64,000 bases of DNA from positions 98,718 through 162,717 of the forward strand of contig JAPDJW010000003.1 in assembly GCA_029258885.1 (NCBI GenBank), in the 5' to 3' direction. Below the pieces are notes generated by a model, which was given only the letters and a program-made list of their open reading frames with translations, was not told the origin of the DNA and did no database searches. Positions 42,009 to 52,792 of this stretch are shown piece after piece (the stretch's first letter is position 1; every line of letters begins with the position of its first letter). Made by a program: the position numbers and the translations under genes. Source of the stretch: Thermoproteota archaeon (lineage in GTDB: Archaea; Thermoproteota; Thermoprotei; Thermofilales; B9-G17).

Positions 42009-43094
42009 ATGGTTAGCGTAAGACTTGAAAATCTAGTTAAAAGGTTTGGGAAGGTAACTGCAGTCGACCATATAAGCCTCGCGATAAAAAATGGCGAGTT
42101 TGTGGTGCTTTTAGGTCCGAGTGGATGCGGTAAAACTACAACACTCAGGCTTATATCTGGCCTGGAGCTACCGGATGAGGGTAGAATATATTTCGATGAT
42201 AGTGATGTAACATACCTACCACCCAAGGAGAGGAATATAAGCATGGTGTTCCAGAGCTACGCCGTCTGGCCCCACATGACGGTATATGATAACATAGCCT
42301 TTCCCATGAGGATCAAGAAGGTTCCCGAGGATGAAATTAAGAGGAAGGTTAAGTGGGCGGCTGAACTGCTTAGGATAGGCGAGCTCCTAGACAGGTATCC
42401 TCATCAGCTTAGCGGAGGACAGAAGCAGAGGGTAGCCGTGGCGAGGGCCATAGTAGTGGAGCCGGCTGTCCTACTAATGGACGAACCGCTAAGCAACCTA
42501 GATGCGCTATTAAGGATGTTAATGAGAAGCGAGATAAAGAAGCTTCAGAGGAGATTAAAGGTGACAACAATATACGTTACACACGACCAGGTGGAGGCGA
42601 TGGTAATGGCTGACCGCGTAGCAGTGATGAATAAGGGAAGGATAATGCAGATAGGCACAACCGAGGAAATATATAATAAGCCCGCAAACCTCTTTGTAGC
42701 GGGTTTCATAGGCAGCCCTAGAATGAACTTCTTCGAAGCCAGCGTCTCAGACACGATCCTTGATACCGGATACTTTAAGATGAAGCTGCCAGAGGAGATG
42801 AAGCAGGTACTCGAGGGATACGAGACTGTAATCGTTGGAATAAGGCCCGAAGACATACACCCTGTGGAGAGAGGAATACCTCCAGGAGTTAAGCCGATAG
42901 AGCTTGAGGGAAGAGTAGATTTCATAGAGCCTCTGGGAAGCGATACGATAATACACCTTAAGATAGGCGAGATACTCCTGCTAGTTAAGGTTCCCGGAAG
43001 CTATATAGTTGAAATGGGTAGGAAGCTAAAGGTCGCACTCGACTTCAATAAGCTACATATATTCGATAAAAAGACTGAAAAAGCAATACTCTAA
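42009..43094 (+). CDS. Sugar ABC ATPase (MalK-like)
   Basis: GPSGCGKT, LSGGQ, DEPLSNLD, FVAGFIGSP, TOBE domain. Confidence 0.95.
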   Translation: MVSVRLENLVKRFGKVTAVDHISLAIKNGEFVVLLGPSGCGKTTTLRLISGLELPDEGRIYFDDSDVTYLPPKERNISMVFQSYAVWPHMTVYDNIAFPMRIKKVPEDEIKRKVKWAAELLRIGELLDRYPHQLSGGQKQRVAVARAIVVEPAVLLMDEPLSNLDALLRMLMRSEIKKLQRRLKVTTIYVTHDQVEAMVMADRVAVMNKGRIMQIGTTEEIYNKPANLFVAGFIGSPRMNFFEASVSDTILDTGYFKMKLPEEMKQVLEGYETVIVGIRPEDIHPVERGIPPGVKPIELEGRVDFIEPLGSDTIIHLKIGEILLLVKVPGSYIVEMGRKLKVALDFNKLHIFDKKTEKAIL

Positions 43095-43101
43095 TTCCTC
43101 T

Positions 43102-44271
43102 TCAGCTTTTTCTAATTACACTTAAATAGAGCAGCGTAGCGCCCAGAGCAGATAGTATCGTACTGTAGGTGAAGGCTATAGTTCTTCCCACGTAATCCCA
43201 GAGCATGCCCACTATAGACATACCGAGCAGGAAGGATACGCCGATCACCAGATAGTATGCGCCATAGGCCGATCCCCTAAGCTCTTCCGGAACATAGCGA
43301 GGTACAACGGCTCTAGACACAGTGTCATACATTCCTTGAAACACTCCGAATATAAGCGCTAATAATATTCCGTAGATCCATGCCCCACTCAAATAAGCTA
43401 ACATAAGGGACGTAAATGCAAACATGAGCATCGCCAGTACCAGTGTCTTCTCCCTACCAATCCTATCTGCAAGTATTCCTGAAGGAATTCCAACAGCTGT
43501 ATGTGTTAGATTCATTAACATATAGACAATAGGTGCAGCAAGAACGGCAACTCCTAATTCGCTGGCCCTTACTAGTATAAAGGAGAAATTATATGCGCCC
43601 AGGTTAAAGATGGATAGTGATAGGAGAAGCCATAAGAACTTACCGCTTAACACCCTGGATACCTCTGGGAGAAGCCTACTACTCTTAGGTGGAGTCGCCA
43701 CTTCGGCAACGGCAATAAGAAGGATGATTAAAGCTATCAACGCGGGAATAAACGACGCCAGAAAGACTGTCCTCACGCCGACCATAGGTATCAATATAAA
43801 GGCTAGCAAGGGGCCTAAGACTGCTCCGAGTTGATCGAGGGTTCTGTGGATACCGAAGGCCTTACCTGCATCCCTCTCCCTTATAGACTGACTTATCAAA
43901 GCATCCCTAGGGGCCGTTCTAACGCCCTTGCCCATTCTATCCACAATTCTCACGATTAATGCATCAAGCCACGTGGTAGCATAGGCGAAGAGGGGCTTAG
44001 CGATACCCGACAGAAAGTAGCCGGCGAAGACGAAAGGCTTTCTCCTTCCAACTCTATCCGAAATAAAGCCTGAAACCATCCTGAATATATAGTTGGTGAG
44101 CTCAGCTAATCCCTCTATTAGACCTAAAATTACCTTAGTGGCTCCAAGCTCCTCAACGAGGTAGACGGGGAGGATGCCTAATATCATTTCAGTGGACATA
44201 TCCGTGAAGAAGCTCACGAAGCCCAAGGCGACAACATTCCTATATCCAGGTCTCTTCTCATCAGAACTCAA
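43102..44271 (-). CDS. MFS transporter
   Basis: SDRVGRRK, DRMGKGVRTAPRDALI. Confidence 0.93.
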   Translation of the reverse strand: MSSDEKRPGYRNVVALGFVSFFTDMSTEMILGILPVYLVEELGATKVILGLIEGLAELTNYIFRMVSGFISDRVGRRKPFVFAGYFLSGIAKPLFAYATTWLDALIVRIVDRMGKGVRTAPRDALISQSIRERDAGKAFGIHRTLDQLGAVLGPLLAFILIPMVGVRTVFLASFIPALIALIILLIAVAEVATPPKSSRLLPEVSRVLSGKFLWLLLSLSIFNLGAYNFSFILVRASELGVAVLAAPIVYMLMNLTHTAVGIPSGILADRIGREKTLVLAMLMFAFTSLMLAYLSGAWIYGILLALIFGVFQGMYDTVSRAVVPRYVPEELRGSAYGAYYLVIGVSFLLGMSIVGMLWDYVGRTIAFTYSTILSALGATLLYLSVIRKS

Positions 44272-44482
44272 TTAACCACCCATAAGATATGATGGCAGCT
44301 AATAGTTAAAGATTATGAACAAAATATCCATAATTTCCTAAAAATCTTTTTGATAGATGCTAGTCCTCCTATACAAAGATTGCATGGAAGCTATGTAAGC
44401 TTACTGGCTACGGCATGTGTCCATGATAAGCTTACGAAGGATCTGTAAATTACTTAGCTAAAGGATAAATAGTTGAAGGATC

Positions 44483-46600
44483 ATGTATGGGGCGATGTAT
44501 AAAATGGTTGTGAACACGCTATTAATCCTACTCCTTCTTCTTTCCTCAGTTCCATACACGTTTAATTCCAAGCCTAATGGAGGGCTAGAAATCAACGAGG
44601 AGGCTATCTTCATATTCCAATACATTATAGTTGGCGGCAACGTAACGGTTAGAAGCGGGGGTAGACTTATCCTAATAAATTCAACACTTCAGTTCAACTG
44701 CCAGGATAAATGCTACCTAATAGTTGACCCCGGTGGAGCATTAATACTAAATAATTCTAAGATTACGGGGCCTGAGGATAAGTATACGATATTCATCAAT
44801 GATGGCGCAGAGCTCATAATGGTAAACTCCGTGATAGAGAATGCCGGATGGAAGGATCATGAGAACGACGGCAAATACATATGGATAGGCCCAGCCTACA
44901 CCAACGACTGGAGCACGTACGGCCACGGCCTAGAAATAAATACGACAGTTAAGGTCTTTAGGGGAAACGTCTTCCGAAATATAGCGAGCATAAGGTTCTA
45001 CTCATCCAACAACATCATCGAGGATAATATTGTAGTTAATATGAGGCACGAGGGGATGGCATTCATAGGTTCAAATAACAATATAATTAGAAACAATATC
45101 TTCATAAACGGGACGCTAAACCGTGAAACCTACGGGTTAAGATTCTATCCAGGCACTAGAGACCAGCTGATATACAACAACACCTTCGAAAACCTCTGCA
45201 TAGGTATGCTCATTAGTCTAATTCCTCCATGGACGCCGTGCATAAACTTCACGATACACGACAACAGGATGCATCGGGTAGTACAGGGGTTAATGTGTAG
45301 ACTCTACGATAGCCAGATATACAATGAAAGCTACGAATATCTGTGGAGCCTAGGCATAATGTTAGCGGCATCAAAAAACGTGGTAGTAGAGAAATGTAGA
45401 ATAGGAAACCTAACCTTCATAGATGAGTCAATAGCAAGCGAGGAATACTTTCAGGAATGCAGGGAATACATACATCCGCAGTACCCGAGGGCATACTATA
45501 ACTTCCTAATACTATTGAGGGGAGGAATACTCTTAAGCTGGTCCGGAAACAATATAATTATTAAATATAATGATATATACCACATTCCACCATACGGCTA
45601 CGGAATAGGATTCGACGTAAAGTACATAGCATACAACGTAAAGATAATCAACAATACCTTCAGGCATATATGCGACTTTCAGCCTCCCTGGAACGTTTCA
45701 GGCCCAGGGCTTGGAAGCGTACGTCTCGATAAAATTTATTTTCAGCCGCCAGGAGGAGCGATAGAAATTGAAAGCACTGAAAACCTGCTAATCGAAAACA
45801 ATACCTTTATATCGTGTCTAAATGGGATACTAACGTCGTTTCCTGATGCCATAGGCAACTACGGCAACCTAACGATAAGAAACAACTTAATCGTAGGAAC
45901 ATACTATACGTCATGGATCGAGAAAGATAAAACCAAGTACTGGTATGGTATTGGAATAGGCGTTGGAACCAGGGCCTATAGACCAAACGAAAACGGCGAA
46001 AGGTGGAGAGTGTACAACTCGAAATCAACAATAGTAATCGCTGGAAACGAGGTTGTAAACTATACCTATGCATTAATTGTAGACTTATATAACGAGACGT
46101 TAAAGAAGGCAATAGTTGAAAACAATACCTTCAACGGATACTATGAGATAATAACATCCCAGACAGTAGATTTAAGCAGAAATATTCTGAAACCAAACCT
46201 GCCGGATCTAAAAATCGCAAACCTAACAGTAGAAACTATAGACAATACAATGATGCTTAAGGTAAAGGTAGCAATTGAAACGGCAATCCCTTTCTTTAAA
46301 ATCATATACATTGAGATTAAGGTGGACGACGAGGTCGTTAAAAAGTGGATAAAGCTAAACGCCTCGAGAGAATACATTATTAAGCACAAGGTAAACGTGT
46401 CGAAAGGTAGACACAGCGTAGAAGTATTTATCGACACAACAAACGTTATTAAAGAAGTCGATGAAGACAACAATTACATCCGTAAAATAGTTGAAGTACC
46501 GAAGGAGAATTATATGGATCTAATCATGAAAATCGCACCACTTTTGCTGATTGCATTGACAGTAATTATATTGTACTTAGTACTGCAAAAAGATAGATAA
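44483..46600 (+). CDS. Secreted right-handed beta-helix (NosD/CASH-like) protein with CARDB domain and TM anchor
   Basis: Repeated NN-I/NNTF motifs, LPDLKI...IKEVDEDNN, C-terminal TM. Confidence 0.8.
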   Translation: MYGAMYKMVVNTLLILLLLLSSVPYTFNSKPNGGLEINEEAIFIFQYIIVGGNVTVRSGGRLILINSTLQFNCQDKCYLIVDPGGALILNNSKITGPEDKYTIFINDGAELIMVNSVIENAGWKDHENDGKYIWIGPAYTNDWSTYGHGLEINTTVKVFRGNVFRNIASIRFYSSNNIIEDNIVVNMRHEGMAFIGSNNNIIRNNIFINGTLNRETYGLRFYPGTRDQLIYNNTFENLCIGMLISLIPPWTPCINFTIHDNRMHRVVQGLMCRLYDSQIYNESYEYLWSLGIMLAASKNVVVEKCRIGNLTFIDESIASEEYFQECREYIHPQYPRAYYNFLILLRGGILLSWSGNNIIIKYNDIYHIPPYGYGIGFDVKYIAYNVKIINNTFRHICDFQPPWNVSGPGLGSVRLDKIYFQPPGGAIEIESTENLLIENNTFISCLNGILTSFPDAIGNYGNLTIRNNLIVGTYYTSWIEKDKTKYWYGIGIGVGTRAYRPNENGERWRVYNSKSTIVIAGNEVVNYTYALIVDLYNETLKKAIVENNTFNGYYEIITSQTVDLSRNILKPNLPDLKIANLTVETIDNTMMLKVKVAIETAIPFFKIIYIEIKVDDEVVKKWIKLNASREYIIKHKVNVSKGRHSVEVFIDTTNVIKEVDEDNNYIRKIVEVPKENYMDLIMKIAPLLLIALTVIILYLVLQKDR

Positions 46601-46626
46601 GGATGTTTACCCCCTAAGTGTAGAGT

Positions 46627-47463
46627 ATGGAAGTACTGCCGATAGCATTAGCTCTATCATCCTCAGCGACCAGCGGGATATCCTCCATCCTCCTAAAGTA
46701 CTCTACCAGAAACGTAAAGCCTTTACTTGTAAATAGTCTAAAGGCTCTCTCAGGAACAATAGGTTTAGCCCTAATAATACTTCTCTCTAACAGGCAGTTT
46801 ACAGTAAATACGTCTTCGCTTAAGCTAATACTCTTCATATCGGTCACGGGGCCTGTGTTAAGCTGGCTCTTCTACATAATGGCGCTGGAGAAGGGCGGTG
46901 TTTCAATAGTACATCCCATAGTAAACTCCTATCCACTCACAGCCATGATTGCCGGACTACTTCTGGGGTATCCCATATCAATACTAGATCTGACAGGCGC
47001 AATCACAGCAATAGTAGGCTTTAAGCTGCTATTCTCCGATAATGGGAAAATCTCAGCTAAACCAGTTATCCTTGCAGCTACAACCTCAATACTATGGGGA
47101 ATAAACACCTCACTTTTCAAGCTACTTTTAGAAACAGAGGATCCAGTAACGGTAGCATTTTGGAGAGCACTTCTCGCATCAATAATACTCCTACCAGTAG
47201 CTGCAATGAAGACGAGATTCCCTAGAAAGCCCAGATACTTAATACATCCCCTCCTTGCTGGACAGCTATCAGATGTACTGACAGTAGTTCTATGGCTTTC
47301 AGCACTACAAACAAGTGAACTTGCATCAACAGCAATACTGGGTTCTCTGGGACCCCTTTTCTCGAGCATATTATCTAAGACCATGCTTAAGGAACATGTT
47401 CCATTGAAGCGTTGTATAGGCATAATAGTTGTAATTATAGGTGTTTCCCTACCACTAGCCTAG
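46627..47463 (+). CDS. EamA/DMT-family transporter
   Basis: Two 5-TM repeats, LKEHVPLKRCIGIIVVIIG. Confidence 0.88.
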   Translation: MEVLPIALALSSSATSGISSILLKYSTRNVKPLLVNSLKALSGTIGLALIILLSNRQFTVNTSSLKLILFISVTGPVLSWLFYIMALEKGGVSIVHPIVNSYPLTAMIAGLLLGYPISILDLTGAITAIVGFKLLFSDNGKISAKPVILAATTSILWGINTSLFKLLLETEDPVTVAFWRALLASIILLPVAAMKTRFPRKPRYLIHPLLAGQLSDVLTVVLWLSALQTSELASTAILGSLGPLFSSILSKTMLKEHVPLKRCIGIIVVIIGVSLPLA

Positions 47464-47662
47464 CTATTGAGCATCGTAGCCTATTTATATAGGGTTAATG
47501 TAGACTAGTGTTATAAAAGCAATGTATATTTCATAGAGTCATGTTTTCCTCTATTTTGAATGTTTAATATTTTCTGTAACCATAAGACTTGAATTATCTA
47601 CTGTGAAAAATATATGGAAATATTTATATATTCATACCTTATTAAAGCACTCGGTTATTTAA

Positions 47663-49663
47663 ATGAGGCTCGGAAGCATTTTTCTGGCTAGTATTACGGT
47701 ATTGCTACTGACCTTACCTTTAACAAGTGAGGCTTTTCCCAATGTTGAGTGGCAGGAAACGTATGCCTCGCCTATTGGTTTTGTTTCGGAACTATATTCA
47801 ATTGCTGTTACGAGCAAGCATATATATGCTACCGGATACATGTATCATGTAGATTCAAGGCAACGGGATTTACTCCTTCTAGTTGCTAATTTCGATGGTA
47901 GCTTAGTTGAAAAGAGGAGAGTAGGGGTGGTAAATACTAGAGGGCGTAGTATTAAAGTAGAGGAGGTAAACGGAGATGAATATGCCTATGTGATTGGATA
48001 TAGGATTACTTCACCCCATGTATATTCTTTCTTTCTAGTTGCTTTTAAGAATGCAGAGAAGATTTGGGTGAAAGAGTGGAAGAAGATAGGAAAATATGAG
48101 TATGGATCCGATTTAGCTATTTATGGGGATAGAATATATGTTGTTGGATCAAGGTATTACTCTAGTGAAAAAATTCATAAAGCTGTATTGGCCTGCCTTA
48201 GAAAGAGCGATGGAGAGCTTTTATGGGAGAGGGAGTGGGCGGATTATGACGTATTTTTCTATAACGCTAAAATAATGATATATAAGGATGCTATATATTT
48301 GGTTGGAGGTATATTTAAGAATGATGAACTAGATATAATAGTCTTAAAATATAGCCTTGATGGAATCCTTTTATCATCATATGAGTATAGTGCTGGTAAC
48401 AACATTTATCTAATCCCGCATGGAGCCGCCATACATGGCAGTTACGTATATGTATCAGGGGAGATATGGGAGAGTAAGATAGGTCGTAGTCGTGCTATGT
48501 TATACTGTTTTGAACTTGGCTCAAGCCTAAAAAAGATATGGGAGAAAACTTATGGTGAAGATGTGTATTACTCATATAACTGGTTCGGCGACCTGAAGAT
48601 CTATAGAGATCATATATATGTCGTGGGAGGGATCTCTAAATTATTACAATATGCAAAGGGGATAATTGCAAAATATGATCTAAGTGGAAACAGAAAGTGG
48701 CTTAAAACGTATAATGAAAGCGTGCTAAGAACATCTGGACTACAGATACACGATGATAAAATCTATATATGCGGGAGTAAGGGTACATCATACTATAATC
48801 CTCCAGACTATGATGCAATGCTCATGCAGGTAGTTGAGTACTTCAGCCTCAAAGTAACGACGCCTGGAGCGGATTATTGGGTTGACGTGGAAGGAGACAA
48901 GAAGTCTGGTCCATCAGCAGAATACCTCCTACCCATGGGTATGCATGAAGTACAGGTAGAAGATGAGGTAGAGGATAATGGCGTTAAACACTACTTTAAG
49001 CAGTGGAGTGATGGTGTAACCGATAACCCGAGAACTGTGGAACTATATGAAGATACAGAACTGGAAGCTCAATACGGTATACAGTACTACGTAACCGTAG
49101 ATACAGCATATTCTACTGCTAGCGGTGAGGGATGGTATGATGAGGGCGAAACTGCAACCATAAGTATAGCCGAAACTCAGATAGATCAGGGAAATGATAC
49201 AAGGAGAATCTTTGGGGGATGGAACCTGGGTGGAACTGTTGTTTCGACTGATCAATCTTATAGCTTTACTGTTAATGAGCCTCAGGCGTATACTGCTGAA
49301 TGGAAGACGCAGTACTACGTTAGAGTCTATACGGACTACTCTACTGCTAGTGGCGAGGGCTGGTACGATAAGGGCAGTGTAGCTACTGTATCTGTTGCTG
49401 AGACGCTTATTCAGGGCATACCTTTCAATAAGGTGTTTAAGGGATGGCGTGACCAGACTGGAGCTATCGTAGCATCCCAGCAGACCTACAGCTTCACAGT
49501 CGATACAGCTAAAACCCTAACAGCTGTATGGGAGGATGAGCTAAATCTCATAGCAGTAGCTGGAATAGGAGCCGCCGTAGCAGTAGTTGTTGCAATACTG
49601 CTTATGAAGAGGAGGAAGCCAGCTGCACCAGCCTATCCGCCACCGCCACCACCTCCGCCTTAA
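47663..49663 (+). CDS. Surface protein: beta-propeller-like + InlB-B-like repeats + TM + polyproline tail
   Basis: IYVVG/KYDLSGN..W repeats; two QYYV..SGEGWYD repeats; KRRKPAAPAYPPPPPPP. Confidence 0.75.
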   Translation: MRLGSIFLASITVLLLTLPLTSEAFPNVEWQETYASPIGFVSELYSIAVTSKHIYATGYMYHVDSRQRDLLLLVANFDGSLVEKRRVGVVNTRGRSIKVEEVNGDEYAYVIGYRITSPHVYSFFLVAFKNAEKIWVKEWKKIGKYEYGSDLAIYGDRIYVVGSRYYSSEKIHKAVLACLRKSDGELLWEREWADYDVFFYNAKIMIYKDAIYLVGGIFKNDELDIIVLKYSLDGILLSSYEYSAGNNIYLIPHGAAIHGSYVYVSGEIWESKIGRSRAMLYCFELGSSLKKIWEKTYGEDVYYSYNWFGDLKIYRDHIYVVGGISKLLQYAKGIIAKYDLSGNRKWLKTYNESVLRTSGLQIHDDKIYICGSKGTSYYNPPDYDAMLMQVVEYFSLKVTTPGADYWVDVEGDKKSGPSAEYLLPMGMHEVQVEDEVEDNGVKHYFKQWSDGVTDNPRTVELYEDTELEAQYGIQYYVTVDTAYSTASGEGWYDEGETATISIAETQIDQGNDTRRIFGGWNLGGTVVSTDQSYSFTVNEPQAYTAEWKTQYYVRVYTDYSTASGEGWYDKGSVATVSVAETLIQGIPFNKVFKGWRDQTGAIVASQQTYSFTVDTAKTLTAVWEDELNLIAVAGIGAAVAVVVAILLMKRRKPAAPAYPPPPPPPP

Positions 49664-49866
49664 CGTCAAAATTATCTTACATTTTTATAATTATAAACGT
49701 AGTTGATAATTCAGGAAAAATCTATACTTCTTTATAGTTCTGAAGTAAGGCATGAATACTATTTAATACTTTGGAAAATAAGGGGGTGGACTTGAACTAT
49801 AAGTTAGTCTATCTTTTTCTTCTAATATTTTCTGTGGAGCTTATCAGCGTCTCCTCCCAGCTTAGG

Positions 49867-49907
49867 CATGCTGTTTTAAACATGCTTTAAAACATGCCGT
49901 TTTAAAG
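49867..49907. repeat. Three imperfect tandem CATGC..TTTAAA units upstream of surface-protein gene
   Basis: catgctgttttaaa catgctttaaaa catgccgttttaaa. Confidence 0.4.
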
Positions 49908-50097
49908 TAAATACAGGCCTAAATTACTTACAGATTAAAGTATTAATTCACTGAATTCATAGTTTTATCTATATTGTTTTATGAAAAGTTTTTACTATAT
50001 CTAATGGAAAAAATGTTGAAATATAATGATATTAAGAAAATTTATTTAGGAAGCAAAATAGATATATATAGCTCTAGAAGTATTTTAGGCCGGGAAT

Positions 50098-52230
50098 ATG
50101 GGTGGAGTTAGATTAAAGTTTATGGTAGCGCTATACGCATGCATCATCCTAGCATCCGTGCTGTTTATTAACCATCCACCGAAGGTGAGGGCTGTATACG
50201 AAGTAACCATCTATGCATCAAAGGATACGTTCATATCTGAGCAGCTTCCCACCAGTAACTTTGGAAGTAAACAATATCTCTTGCTGGGAACGTATACTAG
50301 TAAAAGAAGGCATGTCCTCATACACTTCTCTCTAAATTCTATACCTAATGATGCGGTAATAATATCCGCAAAGCTTGTGCTTAAGAAGTATAGTCAAGCA
50401 GCCTTCTCAGCAAGCTTTAAATCCTTCTACGTGAAGATGGTATCTAAGTATTGGAGCGAATATCGCGCTACGTGGAAGAAGAGAACCAGCTTATATTCGT
50501 GGTCAAATGAAGGGGGCGACTACTACACATCACCCTACTCATACTTTACAGTCTATAAGAATGACCCCACGGAAAAGACGTATGAGATAGATGTAACTAG
50601 TATTGTGGAGGAGTGGCACTCCGGCTCCAAAACTAACTATGGCTTCATAATATATCCATATGGTACAGCTGATGGATACGTATACTTCTACTCAAGGGAG
50701 TATACGGGTGATACTAAGGATAGACCTAAGCTTATAGTCAGATATGAAATGCCTAGTATCGACGTTTCAGCGTCACCATCCATAAGAACGGTTACTCAGG
50801 GAGAAACTACAACCTTCCAGGTATCTGTGACTGGACAGTACTATAGTGGAACAGTACAGCTAAGCTTAACTGGATTGCCGAGTGGAACAACCTACTCCTT
50901 TAATCCGACGCAGGATACTCCGCCATTCAACTCGATATTAACCATCGTGACCTCCTCTTCAACGCCTGTAGGAACACATACTTTAACGATAAAGGGAGTT
51001 GGAAGCGGAGTATCAGATCAGACGACAATTAAGCTTAAAGTTATACAGGAGGCATCATTCACTCTCTCACTATCCGACCCTTCACTAACGATAGAGCAGG
51101 GAGACAGCGGAACAACCACTATAACCGTAAACCCGATATCAGGCTACAATAAGAAGGTAACCCTAAGCCTAGTAAGCGCACCTACCGGAGTAACAGCCTC
51201 ATTCGCAAGCAATCCCATTACAGCAGGCTCATCGACGACCGTAACAATACAGGTATCCGAATCAACTACACCCGGAGCCCACACACTAGTATTTAAAGGC
51301 GTGGGAGAAGACGGAAAGGAGGCTACAACCTCCCTATCACTGACAGTTCAGGAAAAACCGTTCGACTTCACAATATCGGTGAGCCCCAAGAGCATAGAGG
51401 TAAATCAGGGCGAAACAGCACAGGTTGTAGTAACGGTAAGCTTAACCTCAGGATCAGGGAAGGAGGTAACCTTAACCGCAATTGGAGTACCATCTGGGGC
51501 AACCTACTCATTCAACCCAAGCAAGGTTACGCCGCCAGGCTCATCAGTACTAACGATAAACACTGGCTCAGCAAAGGGAACATACACAATAATAGTTAAA
51601 GGAACAGGTGATGGAAAGGAGAGAACGGATACCTTTACCATAAAGATTAAGGAGAAAATGTGTTTCATAGCGACGGCAACCTACGGCTCGGAGGTAAGTA
51701 ATGAAGTAAACATTTTGAGGAGCTTTAGGGATAACATAGTACTATCAACCTACGCTGGCCAGAGGTTTTACGTGGCGTTCGACGCATTCTACTATTCGTG
51801 GAGCCCAGGAGTAGCGCAGACAATACTGGAGCATCAGGAGCTAATAATCCCATTAAGGATAATACTCTACCCGCTTATAGGGACACTACTGTTGGCAACA
51901 TCGATAGCTACGCCAGTAGTCTACATGAACAGTGAATTGGCAGTATATATTGCGATGACCATAGCATCATCGCTACTGGGAATAATATACCTAACACCGA
52001 TAAGCCTGATAATAGCTAGAATAATTAAGAGGAGGATATTCACGAAGAGAGTTGCTAGAATAATGATATACCTAACACTTGGACTACTTGCAACCTCAGT
52101 AATAGCCCAGACGCTAACGCTAGACATGATGTTAACCATAGCAATATCGCTCTACGCACTAGCACTAACATTAACATCCGCATATACAACCACAACATAC
52201 ATACTATATAAAAGGAGGATAAACCCCTAG
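50098..52230 (+). CDS. DNRLRE-domain surface protein with 3 Ig-like repeats and CFI-box-CTERM
   Basis: KDTFISEQLPTSNFG, IDVTSIVEEW, RPKLIVRY; MCFIATATYGS..LRSFRD..FYYSWSP + TM helices. Confidence 0.85.
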   Translation: MGGVRLKFMVALYACIILASVLFINHPPKVRAVYEVTIYASKDTFISEQLPTSNFGSKQYLLLGTYTSKRRHVLIHFSLNSIPNDAVIISAKLVLKKYSQAAFSASFKSFYVKMVSKYWSEYRATWKKRTSLYSWSNEGGDYYTSPYSYFTVYKNDPTEKTYEIDVTSIVEEWHSGSKTNYGFIIYPYGTADGYVYFYSREYTGDTKDRPKLIVRYEMPSIDVSASPSIRTVTQGETTTFQVSVTGQYYSGTVQLSLTGLPSGTTYSFNPTQDTPPFNSILTIVTSSSTPVGTHTLTIKGVGSGVSDQTTIKLKVIQEASFTLSLSDPSLTIEQGDSGTTTITVNPISGYNKKVTLSLVSAPTGVTASFASNPITAGSSTTVTIQVSESTTPGAHTLVFKGVGEDGKEATTSLSLTVQEKPFDFTISVSPKSIEVNQGETAQVVVTVSLTSGSGKEVTLTAIGVPSGATYSFNPSKVTPPGSSVLTINTGSAKGTYTIIVKGTGDGKERTDTFTIKIKEKMCFIATATYGSEVSNEVNILRSFRDNIVLSTYAGQRFYVAFDAFYYSWSPGVAQTILEHQELIIPLRIILYPLIGTLLLATSIATPVVYMNSELAVYIAMTIASSLLGIIYLTPISLIIARIIKRRIFTKRVARIMIYLTLGLLATSVIAQTLTLDMMLTIAISLYALALTLTSAYTTTTYILYKRRINP

Positions 52231-52307
52231 CAAATAATCTATTAAATCCCCTTTCTTCTTTACTAATAACATAATTCTTCAAATCACTTCCTTAACGAAG
52301 TACTTCT

Positions 52308-52706
52308 CTAATGGCAGAAGCTGGAGCTCCTTACAACCTTAACATACCTCCTCGAAACTTCCTCAAGCTTCTCATCATCCGTTACAAGAATATATCCTCC
52401 CCGCATAGCCTCTAAAAGGTAAGCTGCATCATAAACCGTAATTTCCTCCTCCACTGCAAGCTTATAAACCTCACCTCCGAGGCTACCAAAGGAAACTACA
52501 TGTAAAACCTTAAAGGTATCAGTAATAAGGCCAACGTATTCAAGCGCAGTATCCGCATCCAGCTTACCCAGAAGGACGTGTTCCCTCCATATAGCATTCA
52601 AACACTCATAGAAAGTCAAATCTAAAGTTACGCCATTAAGGAAAGGCTTTATACAGGCACGCTTAATTAAATTCAGAATAGAGCAGGCATCGAAAACGTA
52701 CATCAT
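52308..52706 (-). CDS. vapC: VapC PIN-domain toxin
   Basis: YVFDACS, ITVYDAAY, LVTDD. Confidence 0.88.
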   Translation of the reverse strand: MMYVFDACSILNLIKRACIKPFLNGVTLDLTFYECLNAIWREHVLLGKLDADTALEYVGLITDTFKVLHVVSFGSLGGEVYKLAVEEEITVYDAAYLLEAMRGGYILVTDDEKLEEVSRRYVKVVRSSSFCH

Positions 52707-52792
52707 CTAGCCTCCCTATCCCTCCTAATAAGCTCCACAATCTCCTCATCAGAAATACTCGCAAGCCTTCCACTAAGCCTACGAGCCCATAC
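52703..52792 (-). pseudogene. C-terminal remnant of antitoxin (5' part missing)
   Basis: VWARRLSGRLASISDEEIVELIRRDREAR* with ATGA overlap onto vapC; no in-frame start upstream. Confidence 0.7.
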
